Shown one piece after another: positions 20,693 through 29,570 of a stretch of 64,000 nt of DNA. The position numbers were made by a program, and so were the translations under genes. The notes beneath the pieces were generated by a model. It was not told the origin of the DNA. It saw nothing but the letters and a program-made list of their open reading frames with translations, and ran no database searches. Location of the stretch: the NCBI GenBank assembly GCA_963664395.2, contig OY761159.2:1568001-1632000 (forward strand), written 5' to 3'. How positions within the stretch are numbered: the stretch's first letter is position 1; every line of letters begins with the position of its first letter. Source of the stretch: Candidatus Binatia bacterium (GTDB taxonomy: Bacteria; Desulfobacterota; Binatia; Bin18).

Positions 20693-20737
20693 CGTATTGA
20701 CCTCCTCTGGGTTCGGGTTCCTGTCTGACACAACACA

Positions 20738-20791
20738 AATCTAAGGACGACCGACTCCGAGTCAAGGGGTCATAATAAAAATTTTGACTCG
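20738..20791 (-). promoter_or_regulatory. Putative hsp20 promoter with overlapping inverted repeat
   Basis: TTGACT-N16-TAGATT on the minus strand; cgagtcaa(20758-20765)/ttgactcg(20784-20791) inverted repeat. Confidence 0.4.
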
Positions 20792-20835
20792 TTTGGAAAA
20801 AGACAATCTCCTCTTCCCGCCACTATGGGTGCGGC

Positions 20836-21603
20836 TTAGCGGCGGCCCGACTTCTTCAGCACCCGCACCACCGTTCGCGTACCTCCAGACTGTTGGATAT
20901 GCACGGAGAGTGGCCGGCCACGTGACGCAGAGACTTGCGCATAGACGGCCGTTGAGTGAATGGATTTATGCCCCAAATGCGCCTGTACCTCCTCTAGCGC
21001 GTGTCCGGCCTCGAGAAGATGGGTGGCCACCGAATGGCGTAAACAGTGGCTGTGGCGTTTAGACGGCGGCAGCTTGGCGTGCGCCGCATACATGCGAAAG
21101 AGCCGGTCAATACGCTGACGGCTGACCGGACGTGCATTCCGTGACGGAAAGAGATAGGGCAGGGCATCACTCCGAGTTTGTATATAATCGCGCAGCAGAC
21201 GCAGATACTCTGCGGTCATCGTTTTCTCTCCGGCGACACCACCCTTGAGGCGTGGGATATGAATCCGGCGGGTGTGAAAATCGACGTGCTCGCGCAGTAA
21301 GAGGCCAACCTCAGAGGTACGCAGTCCGAAATAATACATGGCGGCAAACAGCGCACGATCGCGCTCGTCTGTGATCTGGGCAAAGAACCGCTCGACCTCC
21401 CGACGAGTCAGCGTCACATATTTCTCGCGGGACTCCCGCTGCCGGGGTTCTGCATCGCGCAGTGTGGCTTGCTCTTGGCGTGTGACTTCAGCCTGGAGTT
21501 CTCGGAGATAACGGGCGACACTTTTTCCCTGTCGGGCGGCCTGCTGCGCGGCAAGCTGAAGGAGTTTTTCCTGTTGGCCGGATTGGTTTGAATCGTCTTT
21601 CAC
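20836..21603 (-). CDS. Stand-alone tyrosine recombinase (FimB/FimE-like, catalytic domain only)
   Basis: RDRAL...GLRTSE (R), RLKGG (K), HCLRHS (HxxR), HLGH, STAVY (Y). Confidence 0.88.
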   Translation of the reverse strand: MKDDSNQSGQQEKLLQLAAQQAARQGKSVARYLRELQAEVTRQEQATLRDAEPRQRESREKYVTLTRREVERFFAQITDERDRALFAAMYYFGLRTSEVGLLLREHVDFHTRRIHIPRLKGGVAGEKTMTAEYLRLLRDYIQTRSDALPYLFPSRNARPVSRQRIDRLFRMYAAHAKLPPSKRHSHCLRHSVATHLLEAGHALEEVQAHLGHKSIHSTAVYAQVSASRGRPLSVHIQQSGGTRTVVRVLKKSGRR

Positions 21604-21641
21604 AGGAGCTTCTCTGCTTAGAGTACTGGTGGGGAGCCGGA

Positions 21642-22283
21642 CTACGGAATCCCGAGCAGCTTATGCGTTTGCAGGCTGAGTCGCCAGCGCGGATGGGTGA
21701 GACAGTACTCCAGGCACGTGTGGGTATTGCGCTCCCGATCAGGACCATCCAGCGGTTGCAGGAAAAACTCCTGAAAATCGAGTCGGGCAAACAGCTCCGG
21801 CTCCGCACCGGACTGGGGAAAAACGAGTTTGAGTTCCCCGCCATGCGTGAGAACGAGTGTCGAGCCAGCTTTGGGACTGACACAGATCCAATCGATACCA
21901 GGTGGAGGCAGCAGTGTGCCATTTGTCTCAATGGCGATTTCAAAACCTTCTGCATGCAGGGCGTCAACAAGCGCAGCATCAAGCTGGAGCAATGGTTCGC
22001 CGCCGGTACACACCACAAACGGAACACCTTGAGGGGACCGCCGGGTCGGCCAGGTGGCAGCGACAGCCACCGCCAGCTCACGGGCGGACGCGAAACGCCC
22101 GCCCCCGGAGCCGTTCGTACCAACGAAATCGGTATCGCAGAACTGACAGACAGCCGTAGCGCGGTCCTTTTCCAGTCCGGACCATAAATTACATCCGGCA
22201 AAACGACAGAATACCGCCGGTCGGCCGGTATACGTCCCCTCGCCTTGGAGTGTGTAAAAAATTTCTTTGACTGTGTAGCTCAT
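21642..22283 (-). CDS. queE: 7-carboxy-7-deazaguanine synthase QueE
   Basis: KEIFYTLQGEG, CNLWSG...CQFCDTDF (CX14CX2C type), TGGEPLLQ, LSLQTHK. Confidence 0.95.
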   Translation of the reverse strand: MSYTVKEIFYTLQGEGTYTGRPAVFCRFAGCNLWSGLEKDRATAVCQFCDTDFVGTNGSGGGRFASARELAVAVAATWPTRRSPQGVPFVVCTGGEPLLQLDAALVDALHAEGFEIAIETNGTLLPPPGIDWICVSPKAGSTLVLTHGGELKLVFPQSGAEPELFARLDFQEFFLQPLDGPDRERNTHTCLEYCLTHPRWRLSLQTHKLLGIP

Positions 22284-22369
22284 GCAAAAAGAAAAGGACG
22301 CCAAAGACGTCCCATGTCGGACCTGGAAGAGGAGAAAAGAAAGGGAAAGTATCCGCGGACACAAGACCC

Positions 22370-22714
22370 TTAGGCTGACTGTTTCTTCCGGGCAACCTTC
22401 TTCGGTGCGGTTTTCTTCGCTACGGCCGTCTTTGCCGGGCCGAGAATGGACTCCTTAAACACTTTTGCCGGGGTGAAGGCGACTTTTTTTCGAGCCGAAA
22501 TTTTAATAGCTTCCCCTGTCTGCGGGTTGCGTCCCATTCGGGCCTTCAACTGGCGGAGCCGAAATGTTCCCAGGTTGGGAATTTTTAGCTCTTTGTCTTT
22601 TTTGACCGTTTTTGTAATAAACTCCACAAAGGAATCCAGCTTGTCGGCCGCCCCGCGGTTTGAGGTTTCTCCCCATGTCTCAGCCAGTTTTTTCACCATC
22701 TCGGTCTTCGTCAT
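22370..22714 (-). CDS. HU family DNA-binding protein with Lys/Ala tail
   Basis: LGTF...ARMGRNPQTGEAIKI...VAFTP. Confidence 0.92.
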   Translation of the reverse strand: MTKTEMVKKLAETWGETSNRGAADKLDSFVEFITKTVKKDKELKIPNLGTFRLRQLKARMGRNPQTGEAIKISARKKVAFTPAKVFKESILGPAKTAVAKKTAPKKVARKKQSA

Positions 22715-23064
22715 GCTACTAACCTCCTCACCCGATTGGGTTCTACACTACATCCCACACCAGAAGTCGAGAGGTCTTGCCACGAAGAGCCTCCGACTCA
22801 CCATTTGCTTATTGACTTCTCTCTACCAAGTCATTTCCTGTGCCCTGGTCCTCCTCTCATCCTTCTTCCACAATCGCGGCGTGAGACGTCCGGCTCCAAG
22901 CAGAAACGAGAGAAATGTGTCTGGCCCGGATCAAGAGATATCTCTTCAACTCATCCACACGACGTACTAGTCTGCGGTCCTCCCGCCCACTCAGGCTCAG
23001 TTTTTATCCGTCATGCTCGGGAATGTCAATAAAATCAGGCAAAAATCGCAAAAATAGCAAAAAT

Positions 23065-25491
23065 CTAACGATACATCTCGACCAGTTCGATCATGCCGAA
23101 ATCTTTGAGTGCGGAAAACAGGCGGCCTTTCACCTCGCGCGCCGTCCCTAGTTGAATAACCTCCTCGGTGAGGGAGTGTGCGTCCGTATAGGAGAGCGAG
23201 CGAATGAGACGTTTGATAACCGGGACAAAGAAAGGCTCCATACTGAGCTCATCCAACCCGAGACCAAGCAGCAAGAGCGTACACAGCGGGTCGGAGGCCA
23301 TTTCTCCACACATACTGACCCGTTTGCCGGCGCGTTGCGCGGCTTGGACGGTTGCGGCGATGGCATTCAAGACAGCCGGATGAAGAGGCTCGTAGAGAGA
23401 AGCGACCTTACGGTTGTTCCGGTCCACCGCAAGGAGATACTGAATGAGGTCATTCGTCCCAATACTAAAGAAGTCAACCTCCTGGGCGAGCCGACCGGCT
23501 AACCACACCGCGGCCGGTACCTCGACCATCATGCCGACCGGCATCCACGGGTCGAACGCTTTTCCCTCGTGTTGTAATTCATCCTTTGCCTGCGCCAGCA
23601 GGTTCTTGACTTGGAGCAGCTCTTCTACGCTTGAGATCATGGGAAACAAAATGCGGACCGGCCCCTGCGCACCGGTACGGAGAATAGCGCGCAGTTGCAC
23701 TTTAAAGAGGTCAGCCATCTCCAAAGAGATCCGAATCGAGCGCCAGCCCAAGAAAGGGTTATCTTCTTGGGGGAGCTTCATATAGTGGGGATATTTATCG
23801 GGTCCGAAATCCAAGGTCCGGATTGTCACTGGCTTCCCAGCCATGCCAGTCAAAACTCTTTGATACAGCGCCAACTGGGCTTCTTCGTCCGGGAAATCAC
23901 TATAGGTGAGAAACGGCACCTCGGTCCGGTACAGCCCAACGCCTTCCGCCCCATGGCGCTGGGCAAAGTCAACATCACTCAGCAAGCCAACATTGGCTGC
24001 GAGCGTAATACGCACTCCATCTTGCGTTTCCGCAGGGAGATCGTGGATCTCCTCAAGAGTCCGGTTAAACGCCCGATACTCACGGTCAAAGCGGCTATAC
24101 TCGCGCACGACTTCGGCGCCAGGATTGACATAGGCCACCCCGGCATTCCCGTCCACGATCACCGCATCGCCCGGCTGGATAAAGGCGGCGTGCTCGACGC
24201 CAACAACGGTTGGAATTTCAAAGGACTTGGCCAGAATAGAAGTATGGGAGGTTGCTCCGCCGTTGGCGAGGACCACACCTTTCAGCTGACTGTGATCCAC
24301 TCGGCAGAGGTCAGACAGAGAGAGATCGTCCGCAACGAGAATGAGATTCTCCCCTTTTGGCCCGCTCTTCTCCTCCAGGCCGAGCAGATGGCGGAGTACC
24401 CGCTGGCCAATATCCCGCACGTCGGCTGCCCGGTCACGCAGGTGCCCACCCCCTTCCAGGGTCTCTACATAGCCTTCCGTTACCTTCTTGAGAGCGGTAT
24501 CTGCGGCATAGCCGTGTTGGATATGAGTTTCAATCTTTTCGATAAACGCGACGTCTTCCAGCATCATACGATGGACATCAAAAATCGCCCGGTCGATCTC
24601 TGGCAGACGCTCCTGGACTTGTTCTTTGAGTGCCTCAATTTCCCGAACCGACTGCGCAAGGGCGACGTGGAGGCGCTGGAGCTCGGCGTCTGGATTTTCC
24701 GCACGACGCTCTTCAATCGCGTCAAGACGAACAAGGGGATGGACCAGGTGAGCTTGACCGGAACCGATCCCAGGCGAAGCACTGACTCCGGTGAGCCGCA
24801 AACGGCTCGTGCGCCCCTTCGTCTGTGTTTGCTGTGCCCGCTTGCGCTCATAGGCGCTCGGGCGTTGAATGGCCGCCAACATGCGTGCCCGATAATCCTG
24901 ACGCTCTCGCTCTTTTGTTTTGAGTGATTCCTGCAACCGGGCTTGCACAATGACGCCCGCAACCTGGGTTGCAATCCTTTTGAGCAAACGGACCTCTGTC
25001 CGAGGAAAACGGCGGCGACTCCGACTCTGGACTATGAGTGCGCCCAGCACGTTGCCCTTTTCGCTTATCGGAATACCCAAAAATGAATGGAATCGCTCCT
25101 CTCCGGTTTCCGGAAAGTATTTATTCCGTTCGTGCGTCATCGCATCAGGGACGACAACGGCTTCCCTGGTTTCAATCACGAGACCCGTCAGCCCCTCATG
25201 TTTGTCCAGGCTGACTTTCCCAACCGCCGTCCGGTCCAAACCCGTCGTTGCCCAGAGAGTAAGCCGTTCCCCTTTGGTATCTAGGAGATACAGCGAACAG
25301 ACATCGGTCCCCATTCGCTGGGTAATAATCTTTGTAATTTCCTGAAGCGTGGCTTGTAAGTCGTGAGAGCGAGAGAAGAGGGCGTCAATATCTTCGAGCA
25401 GGTGCATACTGTGCTGCTGTGCAGACTGAGGTTCTGGCCGTACCGGCCCCTCGGTCCGTTTTTTCGCAGCAGTTTTTGGAGATCCATTCAT
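23065..25491 (-). CDS. ptsP: GAF-domain PEP-protein phosphotransferase (enzyme I-Ntr)
   Basis: N-terminal GAF; GGATSH phospho-His; GLYRTE; NPFLGWR; SIGTNDLIQY; CGEMA. Confidence 0.95.
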   Translation of the reverse strand: MNGSPKTAAKKRTEGPVRPEPQSAQQHSMHLLEDIDALFSRSHDLQATLQEITKIITQRMGTDVCSLYLLDTKGERLTLWATTGLDRTAVGKVSLDKHEGLTGLVIETREAVVVPDAMTHERNKYFPETGEERFHSFLGIPISEKGNVLGALIVQSRSRRRFPRTEVRLLKRIATQVAGVIVQARLQESLKTKERERQDYRARMLAAIQRPSAYERKRAQQTQTKGRTSRLRLTGVSASPGIGSGQAHLVHPLVRLDAIEERRAENPDAELQRLHVALAQSVREIEALKEQVQERLPEIDRAIFDVHRMMLEDVAFIEKIETHIQHGYAADTALKKVTEGYVETLEGGGHLRDRAADVRDIGQRVLRHLLGLEEKSGPKGENLILVADDLSLSDLCRVDHSQLKGVVLANGGATSHTSILAKSFEIPTVVGVEHAAFIQPGDAVIVDGNAGVAYVNPGAEVVREYSRFDREYRAFNRTLEEIHDLPAETQDGVRITLAANVGLLSDVDFAQRHGAEGVGLYRTEVPFLTYSDFPDEEAQLALYQRVLTGMAGKPVTIRTLDFGPDKYPHYMKLPQEDNPFLGWRSIRISLEMADLFKVQLRAILRTGAQGPVRILFPMISSVEELLQVKNLLAQAKDELQHEGKAFDPWMPVGMMVEVPAAVWLAGRLAQEVDFFSIGTNDLIQYLLAVDRNNRKVASLYEPLHPAVLNAIAATVQAAQRAGKRVSMCGEMASDPLCTLLLLGLGLDELSMEPFFVPVIKRLIRSLSYTDAHSLTEEVIQLGTAREVKGRLFSALKDFGMIELVEMYR

Positions 25492-25606
25492 AAGGCAAGG
25501 AGCCGTATTATATCTGAGGCCCCAGCAGGCCACAAGGCACGGATACCCCGCAGACCCGAGTCTGGCAGGGGATGTATTCCACAAAACCCGAATAGGCGCA
25601 GTCGGC

Positions 25607-26392
25607 TTACAGATCAACTTGATGATTCAGAGGAGCATGCCCATGCCCAATCCGGAACCCCGCGGCGATCGCACGAGTCACAAAGTCTTTCGCATGGGCG
25701 ATCGCCTCCTCGACCGTTTCGCCTTTGGCCAGCTCGGCCGCGATCGCGGCCGAGAAGGTGCACCCAGCTCCATGCGTACAGACCGTTTCCATTTTCTGGC
25801 AGGAGTAGGCCCGAAAAGTGCTTCCGTCGAACAAAAGATCACAGGCATCTTCTTCGAGATGCCCGCCTTTCACCACAACATAGGCGGGCCCTAATGTTTT
25901 GATGCGGCGGGCCGCCTCTTCCATATCAGGCCGCTGGGTAACTTCCATGCCGGACAGCAGGCCGGCTTCATGCAGATTTGGTGTCACAACAAACGCCAAC
26001 GGGAGCAGTTTCTCGGTCAGTGTCTGGCGGGCGTCCGCTTGGAGAAGAGCGTGGCCCCCTTTGGCGACCATAACAGGGTCAACGACCAGCTTCCGGATGC
26101 CATACTCTTCTATCTTGCGACTCACCACCTCGACGAGGGGAATGGAGGACAGCATGCCAGTCTTCGCTGCCTGGATTTGCATATCGCCGAACACACTATC
26201 GAACTCTTGCCCGACAAAATCGGGCGGGAGCTCGACAACAGCCTGGACGCCCAGCGTGTTTTGGGCAGTCACCGCGGTCAGCACACTCAGGCCATACACA
26301 CCGCGCGCCATAAAGGTTTTGAGATCGGCCTGAATACCAGCCCCGCCGCCACTATCTGACCCGGCAATGGTTAAGGCTTTTGGGCGTGTCAT
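25607..26392 (-). CDS. thiD: Hydroxymethylpyrimidine/phosphomethylpyrimidine kinase
   Basis: TIAGSDSGGGAGIQADLKT, DPVMVAK, HGAGCTFS. Confidence 0.96.
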   Translation of the reverse strand: MTRPKALTIAGSDSGGGAGIQADLKTFMARGVYGLSVLTAVTAQNTLGVQAVVELPPDFVGQEFDSVFGDMQIQAAKTGMLSSIPLVEVVSRKIEEYGIRKLVVDPVMVAKGGHALLQADARQTLTEKLLPLAFVVTPNLHEAGLLSGMEVTQRPDMEEAARRIKTLGPAYVVVKGGHLEEDACDLLFDGSTFRAYSCQKMETVCTHGAGCTFSAAIAAELAKGETVEEAIAHAKDFVTRAIAAGFRIGHGHAPLNHQVDL

Positions 26393-26431
26393 AACCTCAG
26401 TGTCTCGTACGCACCGGTCGAAAGGTGGAGT

Positions 26432-27109
26432 CTATGGGAACACGCGCAGATCGCCAGTGTTCAGCCCTTGGCCAGTGGAATACCGTCCTGCTTTGAGTTC
26501 ATCAATAAGCTCTCGCGTGGTTGAGAGGGGACGCTCAAAAATTGTGACCGCACAGCCGATTGAAGAGGCCGAGTGGCTGTCGCTGCCTCCAATTCGCTTG
26601 TAGCCACCATGCTCGGCAACAGCCTGGGCGTACCGGTTTTCTTCTTCTGAGCAGGCACCGTTCACCACCTCAATGGCGTCTACATACTCCAGCACTTCAA
26701 GTGCTTTGCTCCCGGACGTAGGATCGGCCCGGTCTATGGGATCGGTTTTATGGATAAACTGGAAGCGTGGATCGAGCTTGTAGCGAAACGGGTGGTTGGC
26801 AATCAGAAAGCCGTCCACCTCATCGATAATGCGGCGTAACTCTTTGACCTTATAGATACCGCCGACATAGCAGTCGAGGCCAAAGGTTCCCACATGGCCC
26901 CATTCGGTCGTGACCTCAATCCCCAGAAATAAGGTCACCCCGCGGGCACGGGCGTACTCTGCAAGGTCCGGGTCCGTCCAGGCATTGTCGTGCTCGGTGA
27001 CGCAAATCCCCTCTAAGCCGATGGTGTGCGCCTGGTCGATCATCAGCACGGGATCAAGGTTGCTGTCGGAGCTGCCGCGGGTGGTATGAACGTGGAAATC
27101 AATACGCAT
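26432..27109 (-). CDS. PHP domain protein
   Basis: DFHVHT, CVTEHD, NHP, GGSDSH. Confidence 0.9.
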   Translation of the reverse strand: MRIDFHVHTTRGSSDSNLDPVLMIDQAHTIGLEGICVTEHDNAWTDPDLAEYARARGVTLFLGIEVTTEWGHVGTFGLDCYVGGIYKVKELRRIIDEVDGFLIANHPFRYKLDPRFQFIHKTDPIDRADPTSGSKALEVLEYVDAIEVVNGACSEEENRYAQAVAEHGGYKRIGGSDSHSASSIGCAVTIFERPLSTTRELIDELKAGRYSTGQGLNTGDLRVFP

Positions 27110-27306
27110 GGTTGGTGGTACGCTCCCGTTTCGTAGGCCGCCTTTCTATACCGTCTTCTGCATACGCAGGCAAGAGTGCGAGTCGGCGTCTCCATTCAGA
27201 CCTGGCTCGACTTTCTCATTCGATTCCTTTGTTCTCTGCCCGGCCTATGCTACAGTCCGTCTACCTCAGCTCTGTCACCAGAGCTATTCTAGCAGGAGGG
27301 GAAGCT

Positions 27307-28524
27307 ATGAAGCGACCGTTAGACGGCGTCCGCATTATTGACTGGACGATTTGGCAACAAGGGCCGGTCTCAACCATGATGTTGGCGGACCTGGGTGCTG
27401 AGGTCATCAAGATCGAAGAACGAGTCGGAGGTGACCCGGGCCGGGGAGTGCTCAGCATTGCCGGGGCCTTAGTTGGGGCGACGAGTGGCCCGAATTTCTA
27501 TTTCGAGGCCAATAACCGGCATAAGCAGAGTCTCACCCTCGATCTCAAAAACCCCAAGGCCACAGAGATTGTCTACAAATTGGCTGAGAAGTCGGATGTC
27601 TTTGTCCAGAACTTTCGGAAAGGCGTGGCAGACAAGCTGGGGATCGGCTACGAGACGCTCTCCGAGCGCAACCCGCAGCTCATCTACGCCAGCGCCAGCG
27701 GCTACGGTCCGTTCGGTCCGGATTCCGGTGAGCCGTCCTTTGACTATATGGGGCTGGCGCGCTCGGGCATCATGACCGCGGTTGGTGAGCCCGATATGGA
27801 ACCCCTCAGCATTGCCGGCGGCATCGCCGATCAGATGGGCGCCATCATGTTGGCCTATGGCGTCATGGCCGCCCTGCTGGCGCGCGAAAAATATGGCATG
27901 GGTCAGGAGGTCGATATCTCTCATCTGGGCAGCATGACGGCGCTCCAGGGGCTCAACGTGGCGTGTAAAACAATTTTAGGCAAGGAGTTTAAGCGTATAC
28001 CACGCGCCGCCGCGCCGAGCCCGCTGTGGAACCATTACAAATGCGGCGATGACAAGTGGATCTGTCTGGCCATGCCGCAACAGGAGCGATACTGGGCTGA
28101 TTTCTGCAAGGTCCTGGGCATTGAGCAGGTCATAGACGACCCTCGCTTTGCCACCATGGGCGACCGGGCCGACAACGCAAAAGACTTGATTCCTATTCTG
28201 GACGCCGCGTTTGCCTCTCAGCCCCGAGACGCCTGGATGAAAGCGCTCAAGGAGGGGGGCGATTTCATTTACACTGTGGTCAACAATATTGCGGACCTGC
28301 CCACTGACGAACAAATGCTCGCCAACGAGTATATTGTCGATTACGATCATCCGCGCATCGGCAAGACGCAGCTGGTCGGCGTCCCTGTCCGCCTGAGCAA
28401 AACCCCGGGCGATCCCAAAGGTGCGGCCCCGGAATTTGGCGAGCACACCGAACTCATTCTCACCGAGCTGCTCGACTATTCGTGGGAGGATGTGGCACAG
28501 CTCAGAGAAGAGGAAGTGATTTAA
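27307..28524 (+). CDS. CaiB/BaiF family CoA-transferase
   Basis: PLDGVRIIDWT...LADLGAEVIKIE; DVFVQNFR; APEFGEHT; GGAGG RBS. Confidence 0.95.
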   Translation: MKRPLDGVRIIDWTIWQQGPVSTMMLADLGAEVIKIEERVGGDPGRGVLSIAGALVGATSGPNFYFEANNRHKQSLTLDLKNPKATEIVYKLAEKSDVFVQNFRKGVADKLGIGYETLSERNPQLIYASASGYGPFGPDSGEPSFDYMGLARSGIMTAVGEPDMEPLSIAGGIADQMGAIMLAYGVMAALLAREKYGMGQEVDISHLGSMTALQGLNVACKTILGKEFKRIPRAAAPSPLWNHYKCGDDKWICLAMPQQERYWADFCKVLGIEQVIDDPRFATMGDRADNAKDLIPILDAAFASQPRDAWMKALKEGGDFIYTVVNNIADLPTDEQMLANEYIVDYDHPRIGKTQLVGVPVRLSKTPGDPKGAAPEFGEHTELILTELLDYSWEDVAQLREEEVI

Positions 28525-28540
28525 TGAGGGAATTGGGGAT

Positions 28541-28587
28541 TAGGGGTTGGGTATTGGGAAAGCTCAGCCCCCAACCCCCAGCCCCTA
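28541..28587. repeat. Heptamer-repeat hairpin (possible terminator)
   Basis: taggggttgggtattggg / cccaacccccagccccta. Confidence 0.5.
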
Positions 28588-28599
28588 GCGCAAAGCGCT

Positions 28600-29517
28600 A
28601 TGACCCATTCCTTTACCATCACGCCCAAAGCGCCCTACTCTTTTGATCTCACGGTCGCGCGCTTCATGCGTTTTGCGAGCGAGAACGTCGATTGTGTCGA
28701 AGGGAATCAATACCAACGCCTGCTCGCGGCCGGTCGTCAACTGGCGCTGGCTACGGTGACGAATGTCGGCACGGTGGCCAAGCCCCAGCTTGCAGTTGAG
28801 CTGCGCAGTCCGTCCAAGGCCGCCCTCAAGCAAGCGGAATTTCAAGCCCAGCTCCGTCATATCCTGTGTACCGACTTTGATCTCAGACCGTTTTATCGAT
28901 TGGCGCGCACAGATAACCTCCTGGCTCCACTCACCTCCGCCTTTCGAGGGCTTCGGATCACTGCCAGCCCAACAATTTTTGAAGCCCTGGTGATGGCCGT
29001 TCTCTCACAGCAGGTGAATCTCACCTTTGCCTATGCAATTAAGAAAGAACTGGTTGAAACGTTTGGCCGCAAGTGGCGACACCAGGGCCAGACGTATTAC
29101 GCATTTCCCGAGCCCCAGCGTTTTGCCACAGAATCTGAAGGCGGCCTGCGTCGTTTCCGCTTGAGCGGAGCAAAAGCGGCAACCCTCGTTCGTCTGGGTG
29201 AAGCGTTTGCCTCTCGGGCTTTGCAGCACAGCGAAATCGCTCAACTGCCAGACGAAGCAGCGATTGAAGCCCTGATTCAACTCAAAGGCATTGGCCGCTG
29301 GTCTGCCGAGACAGCGCTGATGCGCGGATTAGCCAGACCCGACGCGTTTCCGGGCGGTGACTTGGGCGTAGTCAAATATCTTGCCCAGGGCATGTTAGGC
29401 AAAAAAGAAAAGGCGACCGAAACCGAAATGCGCAACTTTGCCGAACGTTGGCGTCCGTATCGTGGGCTGGCTTTAGTCTATTGTTACGCAGAACTCGCCC
29501 GGCGGCAGGCCGTGTAG
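28600..29517 (+). CDS. alkA: DNA-3-methyladenine glycosylase II (AlkA family)
   Basis: FEALVMAVLSQQV; HhH LKGIGRWSAE; DAFPGGDLG; WRPYRG. Confidence 0.9.
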   Translation: MTHSFTITPKAPYSFDLTVARFMRFASENVDCVEGNQYQRLLAAGRQLALATVTNVGTVAKPQLAVELRSPSKAALKQAEFQAQLRHILCTDFDLRPFYRLARTDNLLAPLTSAFRGLRITASPTIFEALVMAVLSQQVNLTFAYAIKKELVETFGRKWRHQGQTYYAFPEPQRFATESEGGLRRFRLSGAKAATLVRLGEAFASRALQHSEIAQLPDEAAIEALIQLKGIGRWSAETALMRGLARPDAFPGGDLGVVKYLAQGMLGKKEKATETEMRNFAERWRPYRGLALVYCYAELARRQAV

Positions 29518-29565
29518 GGGCAGTTGCCCAAGTCAAGCAAGTAGGGCGGGTACAAGACCCGCCCC
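29513..29565. repeat. GTAG-type REP-like palindromes
   Basis: gtaggggcagttgccc and gtagggcgggtacaagacccgccc; related copies at ~694-719 and ~31265-31288. Confidence 0.55.
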
Positions 29566-29570
29566 TCCGC

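Noticed and set aside
20758-20791. Invertible fim-type switch for the adjacent recombinase
   Set aside because: Only 18 bp lie between the 8-bp arms, too short for a typical invertible promoter segment.
23695-24927. 410-aa plus-strand ORF (likewise 7080-8069, 32651-33607, 60429-61220, 61318-62091)
   Set aside because: Antisense shadows of well-supported genes, expected in high-GC DNA.
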